In this document: positions 8,914 through 16,037 of the stretch, in pieces
Numbering within the stretch: position 1 is the first letter of the stretch
How the letters are laid out: every line of letters starts with the position of its first letter
Assembly: GCA_902609415.1 (NCBI GenBank)
Contig: CACLRR010000003.1
Location: 23,229 to 87,228 of the forward strand
Reading direction: 5' to 3'
Length of the DNA: 64,000 nucleotides
Source of the DNA: an uncultured Chlamydiae bacterium
GTDB lineage: Bacteria; Chlamydiota; Chlamydiia; Chlamydiales; CACLRR01
Notes under the pieces: model-generated
The model's input: only the letters and a program-made list of their open reading frames with translations
Database searches by the model: none
Told to the model about the DNA's origin: nothing
Made by a program: the position numbers and the translations under genes

Positions 8914-10238
8914 TGAAAGCGCATCTTATCGGTATTGGTGGTATTGGAATGAGCTCATTAGCTCATATTTTAATCGATCGTGGTTATAGCGTAACAGGAA
9001 GTGATATTGCCTGGAATAATTGTTTAGAGCAGTTAAAAAAAAGAGGCGTTAGAATTACCCTTGGACATAGTCATAAGCTAATTAAAAAAGTAGACTATAT
9101 AGCATATAGCTCAGCATGCAAAGAGAATAACCCAGAAATAGTAGAGGCTAAAAGGATAGGTGCAAAACTTATGCACAGGGCTGATCTTTTGGCTGAAATT
9201 ACTAAAAAAAAGAAAAGTCTTGTGGTGGCAGGAGCTCATGGAAAGACTACAACAAGTGCTCTTCTAAGCTATGTTCTTCATGAAGCTGGGCAGAGGCCTT
9301 CTTATGCTATAGGTGGAGAGGTATGCTTTTCTGAGTATCATGGAAAATTTATTGATGATAGTGAGAAGTTTGTATTAGAAGGGGATGAGAGTGATGGCTC
9401 TTTTTTAAAGAGTGATCCTTTTGGTGCAATCATTACAAATATTGATCCAGATCATATGGAATATTGGAAAACAAAAGAAACCTTGTATGAGGCATACAAA
9501 CAATTCATCTCAGGAATTAGAAGCGAGAAACATTTTTTTTGGTGTTATGATGAAGAGGGTTTATTAGAGCTGAGCCCAAAGGGTGTCAGCTATGGTTTTT
9601 CTAATAAAGCTGATTTACAGGCAAGAGATCTTGTTATTAATGGGAGATTGATCACTTTTTCTATTTGTTACCAAGGTGAATGTATTCCGAATTTTATGCT
9701 GCATGCTATTGGACAACATAATGTATTAAATGCACTTGCAGTTTTTGGTTTAGCTCATTCGTTCAGTATACCTGTAAATATTATTAAGCGTGCATTTTTA
9801 CATTTTCCTGGGGTGAAAAGAAGGGCAGAGTTAAGAGGTAAGCGTCGAGGGATTGAAGTCTTTAGCGATTATGCTCACCATCCTAAAGAGATAAGAGCAA
9901 CATATGAAGGATTTAAAAAAGCGTATAGTGGAAAAAGAATTGTTTGCGTGATTGAACCTAATAGGTATTCAAGACTTATTGCTTTCAAAGAGGATTATAT
10001 TTCTGTATTAAATAGTATGGAGTTGTCTGTAGTGACTGATGTTGTCTTCTCAAATGAGAAAGCGGAAGAGGAAGTGCTTACAAAAATTTTAAAATCTGTT
10101 GACGGTGGGCGGGTAGAGCAAGTAAGAAGAGAAGATTTGTCTGGATTTATTAAGGACACCTTAATGGAAGGTGATGTAGTTGTGGCTATGGGCGCTGGAA
10201 GAGATACAATTGCCTCATTAATCTTGGAGAGCCTGTGA
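8913..10238 (+). CDS. murC: UDP-N-acetylmuramate--L-alanine ligase (stand-alone, no Ddl fusion)
   Basis: GIGGIGMSSLAHILIDRGYSVTGSD N-terminal domain and AGAHGKTTTSALL P-loop. The GTG start overlaps the murG stop (TAGTG). At 441 aa it ends where MurC ends. Confidence 0.9.
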   Translation: MKAHLIGIGGIGMSSLAHILIDRGYSVTGSDIAWNNCLEQLKKRGVRITLGHSHKLIKKVDYIAYSSACKENNPEIVEAKRIGAKLMHRADLLAEITKKKKSLVVAGAHGKTTTSALLSYVLHEAGQRPSYAIGGEVCFSEYHGKFIDDSEKFVLEGDESDGSFLKSDPFGAIITNIDPDHMEYWKTKETLYEAYKQFISGIRSEKHFFWCYDEEGLLELSPKGVSYGFSNKADLQARDLVINGRLITFSICYQGECIPNFMLHAIGQHNVLNALAVFGLAHSFSIPVNIIKRAFLHFPGVKRRAELRGKRRGIEVFSDYAHHPKEIRATYEGFKKAYSGKRIVCVIEPNRYSRLIAFKEDYISVLNSMELSVVTDVVFSNEKAEEEVLTKILKSVDGGRVEQVRREDLSGFIKDTLMEGDVVVAMGAGRDTIASLILESL

Positions 10239-11005
10239 GGTCTATTAGAGTATGGGTGGTTGCCCTAATACTTATTTTTATTATTCCAGTTATAGGCATA
10301 AAACTGAGAAGAAACCTTAAAAAAATGGCTTATATAAATGGGGATAGAATTGAATATATTATTCAAACAGGATCAAGAAAGGAGGCTCTTCCTCAAATAT
10401 ATCTAGAAGAATTACTAGATCTTTCAGTAGATCACTCTCTCTATTTTAAGCAGTTTAGTAAGAAGAAGGCAACTGAGGCATTATTGAATAGTTTTATTAT
10501 TAAGAAAGTGAGTGTTCAAAAACGCCCACCTTCCACTATTTATATTGATTATGAGGTAAGAGAGCCTATTGCTCTTTTAGGGGAATTTAATGGGATAGGT
10601 CTTGATGCTTCGAGGATTGTTTTTCCAATGGAGGGGTTTCTCTCTCCTAAAAGGCTTCCTGAGATACTTCTAGGTTTTGACACACTTCCTCGCTATGGAG
10701 AGGCTGTAGAGCATCCAAATTTAGAAGTTGCATTAACTTTGCTTCAACAATTGCAGGGATTAAATATTGAGAAGATAGACCTTAGAAATAGGAGACACTC
10801 AAGTTATGCAAAGCAGGAGATTATTGTTGTTATTAATATAGGAGAAGGAGATGAGAAGCACTATTTGAGATTAGATGTAAGGGATTATAGAAGGAATTTA
10901 GAAGATTATCGCACTTTAACTAGAGAGGAGATTTCAAAAGGAGATTTGATGATTGACTTTCGTATCAAGCAGTTAGCATTTATTGAATCTTTAGACGGAG
11001 AATAG
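10235..11005 (+). CDS. ftsQ: FtsQ-like cell division protein (N-terminal TM plus POTRA-like domain)
   Basis: GTG start in a GTGA overlap with murC. Single TM segment (VWVVALILIFIIPVIGI). The segment VSVQKRPPSTIYIDYEVREPIALL resembles the FtsQ POTRA/beta-domain consensus (..V.r..P.tl.i.v.Er.PvA). It occupies the position after murC, as ftsQ does in dcw clusters. Confidence 0.65.
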   Translation: MRSIRVWVVALILIFIIPVIGIKLRRNLKKMAYINGDRIEYIIQTGSRKEALPQIYLEELLDLSVDHSLYFKQFSKKKATEALLNSFIIKKVSVQKRPPSTIYIDYEVREPIALLGEFNGIGLDASRIVFPMEGFLSPKRLPEILLGFDTLPRYGEAVEHPNLEVALTLLQQLQGLNIEKIDLRNRRHSSYAKQEIIVVINIGEGDEKHYLRLDVRDYRRNLEDYRTLTREEISKGDLMIDFRIKQLAFIESLDGE

Positions 11006-11223
11006 TGTATGAGGACTTACTATTTCACTTTAGTTTATTATCTCTTCTAGGAGATTTTTAGGTAGATTTATTATATAATGACTGAGGAGTGTCTAGTAGA
11101 TTATATAAATCAGAGATAGTGTATAGATGAATTTTGCCTGGTAACTATATAGAAATCACAAGAGAAAATAGTTGATAAGAAAATAAAAACGTAACAAAAT
11201 AGACACAAAGTGGGAGTTTTACC

Positions 11224-11562
11224 ATGAGATTAGAAGTTGATGAAGAGAATGACAAGAGTATTATTCATGTAAATGGAAGGGTTGATGCAACAACAGCGCC
11301 GCAGTTAGAAAATCAATTAAATACGCTTTTAGATGGCAACCATACAAGGCTGATTATAGATTTTAACAATGTAGATTATTTAAGTAGTGCTGGAATGAGA
11401 GTTCTACTTGCAATGACTAAAAGGGTACAGGGTTTTGAAGGAGGTAAGATAGTCCTACACTCCTTGCATGATGATGTCATGGAAATAATTAAGATGGCAG
11501 GGTTTGAGCAGATACTAAAAATTGCTCCTGGTGAAAAAGAAGCACGTGAATATTTTAAATGA
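11224..11562 (+). CDS. rsbV: STAS-domain anti-sigma-factor antagonist (RsbV/SpoIIAA-like)
   Basis: 112 aa with DFNNVDYLSSAGMRVLL, which aligns with the SpoIIAA/RsbV phospho-serine motif (Ser55 conserved). GGGAG SD upstream. Confidence 0.85.
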   Translation: MRLEVDEENDKSIIHVNGRVDATTAPQLENQLNTLLDGNHTRLIIDFNNVDYLSSAGMRVLLAMTKRVQGFEGGKIVLHSLHDDVMEIIKMAGFEQILKIAPGEKEAREYFK

Positions 11563-12565
11563 AAATGATAAGGGTGTAGACTCTTTTTCTAATACCTTAG
11601 AAAGAGCAAATTTAATAGGTTCACAATATCAAAAGAAGAAGTGTCTTGTGCTTTCAGGGCCAACTGGCGTAGGAAAATCTTCTGTATCACTTGATTTAGC
11701 TAAGATGATAGGTGGAGAGGTAATCTCATTTGATTCGATGCAGGTCTATCGTGGTATGGATATAGGAACAGCAAAGGTTTCTCCTCTTGAACAAGAAGAG
11801 GTGGTTCACCACCTTATAGATATTTGTGACATTAAAGATCCCTTTAATGTTGTTGATTATATCCAACTTGCAAAAAAAGTTTTTAATCAGATTATAGCGC
11901 GTGGTAAAATACCTATCCTGGTCGGAGGTACAGGGTTTTATATACGAAGTTTTCTTTATGGTCCACCTGAAGGGCCTGCAAAAGATAAAGAGGTGCGAAG
12001 CCGCTTGCAGGAGGATTGTGATAAATTTGGTCCTGAATTATTATATGAAAAATTACAGAAGGTGGATCCTGAATATGCAAAGACAATTACAAGGTCAGAT
12101 CAACAAAAAATAATTAGAGCTCTAGAAATTATGCTGATTTCAAAAAGGCGGGTAAGTGATTATAAAATAGAGAAGCAGACTTTTATTGACAAGGATGTCG
12201 ATTACCGATGTTGGTTTTTCTATTATCCAAGAGAAATTTTGTATGAAAGAGCAGAAAGGCGTTGTGATTTAATGCTTGAAGTAGGGCTTATCGAGGAGGT
12301 TGAGGATTTGATTAAGGAAGGTCTTTGTGAAAATGAGAGTACCTCCCGTGCAATTGGATATCGTCAGTGCATAGATTATATAGAAAATGGCAAAAGGAGA
12401 GAGGACTGGGATACCTTTGTAAAAGAGTTTAAAAAGGCGACAAGACGCTATATAAAGCGGCAGTTTACTTGGTTTAGGTCTGAAGAAGCATTTAATTGGC
12501 TTAATTTCGCAAATATGGATAGAAAGGGGATATGTAAATTAATTTTGGATGATTTTTTTTCATAA
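11522..12565 (+). CDS. miaA: tRNA dimethylallyltransferase
   Basis: P-loop LSGPTGVGKSS, then DSMQVYRGMDIGTAK and GGTGFY motifs. The start is uncertain (TTG 11522, GTG 11531 or GTG 11546). All candidates overlap the rsbV-like 3' end. Confidence 0.85.
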   Translation: MLLVKKKHVNILNENDKGVDSFSNTLERANLIGSQYQKKKCLVLSGPTGVGKSSVSLDLAKMIGGEVISFDSMQVYRGMDIGTAKVSPLEQEEVVHHLIDICDIKDPFNVVDYIQLAKKVFNQIIARGKIPILVGGTGFYIRSFLYGPPEGPAKDKEVRSRLQEDCDKFGPELLYEKLQKVDPEYAKTITRSDQQKIIRALEIMLISKRRVSDYKIEKQTFIDKDVDYRCWFFYYPREILYERAERRCDLMLEVGLIEEVEDLIKEGLCENESTSRAIGYRQCIDYIENGKRREDWDTFVKEFKKATRRYIKRQFTWFRSEEAFNWLNFANMDRKGICKLILDDFFS

Positions 12566-12628
12566 GAGAGATTCTTTTAATATAAAAGGTCTGGACACTA
12601 TTCTGGGACATCCACTATACTCGTTGGC

Positions 12629-12991
12629 ATGAAGAACGAATCAGAGAAGTTTTTAAGTGCAGTAGCACAAGTTGTAGCCGACAAAAAAGGATTTAATTTA
12701 CTGGCACTAGATGTGAGTGAATTCTCAAATATTACTGATTACCTGTTTATTGCAGAAGGCAACGTAGATCGTCATGTAAGGGCGATCGCAGCAAGCGTAA
12801 TTGAGGAGATGAAGAAAGCTGGTATAAGACCTGTAAGAGTAGAGGGTCTGCATGTTGGTGACTGGATTGTCATTGATTATTTGCATGTCATCATTCACCT
12901 TTTCATGCCTGGTCAAAGAGATAACTTTCAGCTTGAGCAGTTGTGGTCTAAAGGAAGAGTTGTCGATCTAGAAGTTCAGCAGACTGCATAG
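12629..12991 (+). CDS. rsfS: ribosome silencing factor RsfS (iojap family)
   Basis: 120 aa with DYLFIAEGNVDRHVRAIA and WIVIDYLHVIIHLF, typical of RsfS. Confidence 0.85.
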   Translation: MKNESEKFLSAVAQVVADKKGFNLLALDVSEFSNITDYLFIAEGNVDRHVRAIAASVIEEMKKAGIRPVRVEGLHVGDWIVIDYLHVIIHLFMPGQRDNFQLEQLWSKGRVVDLEVQQTA

Positions 12992-13036
12992 TGTAAACGG
13001 TATTTTATTTATTTTTAGCTGATAAGAGACTTAATG

Positions 13037-13066
13037 TTGAATATTTCTCATTACTTTTGATATAAT
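13037..13066 (+). promoter_or_regulatory. candidate sigma-70-type promoter with extended -10 upstream of fabF
   Basis: TTGAAT (13037-13042), 18-nt spacer, TGaTATAAT (13058-13066). AGGTG SD at 13087-13091 and ATG at 13096. Confidence 0.4.
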
Positions 13067-13095
13067 TTGTGAAAATAAATTCTTTTAGGTGTTTG

Positions 13096-14412
13096 ATGAG
13101 TAGTCGAAGAGTCGTCATTACTGGGATGGGTTTGGTATCCTGTTTTGGAAATAATATAGATCAATTTTATCAAAAAGTTCTTTTAGGCAAAAGTGGTGTA
13201 CGTACTGTACCTGAATTTGAAGAATTGAATTTGCCTACTACCTTTGCAGCTTTTGCAAGACACCATCACCCTGAAGATTATTTTTCTGCTAAAGAGTATA
13301 AGAGATATGACCAGGCAATCACTTTTACTATGGGATCATCAGTTGATGCCTGTAAAATGGCAAATCTTGATTTTACTTCTATAGATCTTGGAAGGATAGG
13401 TTGTATTATCGGCTCTGGAATGGGCGGCATGGGAAAATTCATGGAGGGAACCCAAACCTTATACAATCCTCAAAAGGGAGCTCGTAGAGTAAGTCCTTTC
13501 TTTGTTCCAAATATTATCACTAATATGGGCGGAGGTCTTGTGGCAATAAGATATGGCATGAGGGGGCCTAATTACTCTATCTCTACAGCTTGTGCTACAG
13601 CAAACTATTCCATAAAAGCGGCAGCAGACCACATCTTACGAGATGAAGCAGATGTAATGGTAGCTGGCGGCGTAGAGGCTTCCCAAAATGGATTGTGCGC
13701 AGCGGGATTTAGTGCCATGAAGGCACTTTCAAGAGATAAACACAAAGTTGCAATGGGTAAATCTGGTTTGGAAACATCAGCTGATACTTTAGAAAGCAAA
13801 GCTCATACAGATCCTAGCACACAATCTAGACCTTGGGATAAAAATCGTGATGGGTTTGTATTGAGTTCTGGTGCAGGTGTCTTGTTACTAGAAGAGTTAG
13901 AGCATGCTAAAAAGAGGGGCGCGAAGATTTTAGGAGAGTATCTAGGTGGTGCTTTTAATTGTGATGCATATCATATGACAAGTCCCAGAGAAGATGGCGC
14001 TATAGCTGCTAACTGCATAGAGCAAGCCTTAAAGAATGCGAGAGTTACACCAGGTGAGGTAGATTACGTGAATGCACATGGAACATCTACCCCTGTTGGC
14101 GATTTATGTGAGGTGAATGCTATACACAAAGTTTTTGGTAAGGATACAGATATCAAGATGAATAGTATCAAGAGTATGATTGGGCATTCATTAGGAGCTG
14201 CCGGGGGAATAGAAGCAATTTCTATATTAAAAGCATTTGAAACAGAGAGATTATTTCCAACAATTAATGTTGATGATCCAGAAGAAGCGCTTCGTAATAT
14301 CGATATTATTCAGAATAAATCGCAGAATTATTGTGGTAATATAGCAATATCCAATTCTTTTGGTTTTGGTGGGCATAATTCAACACTTGTGTTTAAAAAA
14401 TATGAAGATTAG
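13096..14412 (+). CDS. fabF: beta-ketoacyl-ACP synthase II
   Basis: Active-site context ISTACATANYSI (Cys), NAHGTSTP and IGHSLGAAG (His/His). I chose the start at ATG 13096 (MSSRRVVITGMG) rather than the GTG at 13069, which lies 2 nt after the putative -10. Confidence 0.9.
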   Translation: MSSRRVVITGMGLVSCFGNNIDQFYQKVLLGKSGVRTVPEFEELNLPTTFAAFARHHHPEDYFSAKEYKRYDQAITFTMGSSVDACKMANLDFTSIDLGRIGCIIGSGMGGMGKFMEGTQTLYNPQKGARRVSPFFVPNIITNMGGGLVAIRYGMRGPNYSISTACATANYSIKAAADHILRDEADVMVAGGVEASQNGLCAAGFSAMKALSRDKHKVAMGKSGLETSADTLESKAHTDPSTQSRPWDKNRDGFVLSSGAGVLLLEELEHAKKRGAKILGEYLGGAFNCDAYHMTSPREDGAIAANCIEQALKNARVTPGEVDYVNAHGTSTPVGDLCEVNAIHKVFGKDTDIKMNSIKSMIGHSLGAAGGIEAISILKAFETERLFPTINVDDPEEALRNIDIIQNKSQNYCGNIAISNSFGFGGHNSTLVFKKYED

Positions 14413-14827
14413 AGAAGAAAAAGCTTATGGGGTGATTTTGATTGCACAAGGGCAGTTTCTTTTAGTGAAGAATAAAGACTTTAAAGGGAAGGATCCTTGG
14501 TGGGGTTTTGCTAAGGGGCATCAAGAAAGTAATGAGACTGAATTAGAAGCAGCTCTTCGTGAATTAGAGGAGGAAACTGGAGTTAAGCTAGATGAAAAGA
14601 CTGTATCTGAAATAGAGACGAAAAAGATTATATCAGAGAACTATTCATATCTTCACCCTAGTGGAACTAAAGTTAATAAGAAAAATTACTATTTTGTAGC
14701 AAAGGTGGATAAACCTATTGAAACGACTCCAGATTATAATGAGATTATTGAGACTAAATGGACAAATGATATAGGAAACTATCTTAAGAATAACACACTA
14801 ACAAAGGCGCTTGAGGCGTATATTTAA
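14402..14827 (+). CDS. NUDIX hydrolase
   Basis: Nudix box GHQESNETELEAALRELEEETGV (GX5EX7REUXEEXGU). ATG at 14402 overlaps the fabF 3' end by 11 nt. The fabF-NUDIX adjacency matches my recollection of C. trachomatis CT770/CT771. Confidence 0.85.
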   Translation: MKIREEKAYGVILIAQGQFLLVKNKDFKGKDPWWGFAKGHQESNETELEAALRELEEETGVKLDEKTVSEIETKKIISENYSYLHPSGTKVNKKNYYFVAKVDKPIETTPDYNEIIETKWTNDIGNYLKNNTLTKALEAYI

Positions 14828-14838
14828 GGAGAAAAAAA

Positions 14839-15381
14839 ATGAGTGTAGCTTGCGGCATAAAGGAAAAAAGTTCATATCATTGGATCAATGATATTTCTAT
14901 TGGGTTTATTTCAAGTATTCTTCTTGCTATGACTGGACTTGTAAAGGTATATCTTCCAATAAGTCAGGTACCCTTTACTCTACAAAATAGTGCTGTTCTT
15001 TTCATGGCTCTATTTTTAGGTAGAAAAAGAGCATTGTACATGGTGAGTTTTTTGATATTGCAAGCTCTTGTTGGATTGCCAACTCTAGCTTCTGGGATAG
15101 TTGGCCCAGCTCTTATTATAGGACCAACAGCGGGATACCTTGTAGGTTATCTTCTCTCCGCTTATTTTATCGGTGGTGCGATGGAAGGAAAGAATGGTAG
15201 CTTTAGAGCAATCAGTTATCTAGTGATTGGAACACTTCTGCAGTATAGTTTTGGAGCTTTATGGCTTGGAAGTTTTATAGGTATTGAGAAGGCTATTATC
15301 TATGGAGCACTGATATATATGCCACTTGACCTATTTAAAGTGGTCTTTTTTGGCATGCTTTACCAAAAAATTAAGGGATAA
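14839..15381 (+). CDS. bioY: biotin transporter BioY (solitary, no bioMN nearby)
   Basis: 180-aa polytopic protein with the GPTAGYLVGYLLSAYFIG motif characteristic of BioY. Confidence 0.8.
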   Translation: MSVACGIKEKSSYHWINDISIGFISSILLAMTGLVKVYLPISQVPFTLQNSAVLFMALFLGRKRALYMVSFLILQALVGLPTLASGIVGPALIIGPTAGYLVGYLLSAYFIGGAMEGKNGSFRAISYLVIGTLLQYSFGALWLGSFIGIEKAIIYGALIYMPLDLFKVVFFGMLYQKIKG

Positions 15382-15420
15382 CTACCACTAAGGCTTCAGG
15401 GGTTATGCAATTAGAAGAAT

Positions 15421-15627
15421 CTATGGCCAGACTCTTGAAGCAACCTGTGCCACTCTATTTGCACCTGTAATAGTGCTTGTTCTTCCTACTAATGATGGAG
15501 CAAGATGATCTTTTCGGAGAAAAGAAGTTTTTGCTAGATCCTCAACCCTTTTATCATTTGGAACATTTGTACTATCAGGGCTAACAACTCCACTTGGAGG
15601 GGTTGGTTGGATGTCGTCTGTTCTCAT
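15421..15627 (-). CDS. small hypothetical protein (68 aa)
   Basis: Strong SD: reverse strand AGGAGG 7 nt before the ATG (taggaggaaaaatATG). The sequence is visibly more G+C-rich than the flanking AT-rich spacers. The protein is P/S/T/V-rich and probably disordered, with no recognisable domain. Confidence 0.5.
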   Translation of the reverse strand: MRTDDIQPTPPSGVVSPDSTNVPNDKRVEDLAKTSFLRKDHLAPSLVGRTSTITGANRVAQVASRVWP

Positions 15628-15728
15628 ATTTTTCCTCCTATAATTTAGTATAACTGTAATAACATGTTTACTTGATTTAAAATATTATGGTCAATAATAA
15701 AATTTGTTTATAAAAGGAAAAGTTAGTT

Positions 15729-15893
15729 TTATTTCTTTTCTCTTTTCTTATGATCAGGGTGTACTGAGACTGAAAAACTATTTTTCTTTTTATTAGAATA
15801 AGCAGCCTCTTCTTGAATAGTATTCATTAGGCTCCTGATCTTTTGTATGATAGAAGGTGATCTATCTCCAAATTCCTTTTCGTTATCACTCAT
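15729..15893 (-). CDS. possible unannotated small ORF (54 aa), below the ORF-track cutoff
   Basis: Hand translation gives MSDNEKEFGDRSPSIIQKIRSLMNTIQEEAAYSNKKKNSFSVSVHPDHKKREKK*. It is preceded on the reverse strand by TTGACT (15947-15942), a 15-nt spacer and TATAAT (15926-15921). The SD is weak. Confidence 0.25.
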   Translation of the reverse strand: MSDNEKEFGDRSPSIIQKIRSLMNTIQEEAAYSNKKKNSFSVSVHPDHKKREKK

Positions 15894-16037
15894 ATAATTC
15901 CATTATTACTTAACTTAATTATTATATCTTAGTAATAAATTAGTCAAATAATTTAATCCTAGACTTCTTTCGCTGAGAGCAAAATAGCCATTAATTCATA
16001 GATGTTGTATATTATTTTCTTATTTGACAGAGGTATT

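Noticed and set aside
11062-11110. Imperfect direct repeat GTAGATT(TA)TTATATAA(T) twice, upstream of the rsbV-like gene
   Set aside because: It is short, AT-rich and imperfect, and could arise by chance in an AT-rich spacer. It may simply be overlapping -10-like sequences, so it is not strong enough to call a regulatory site.
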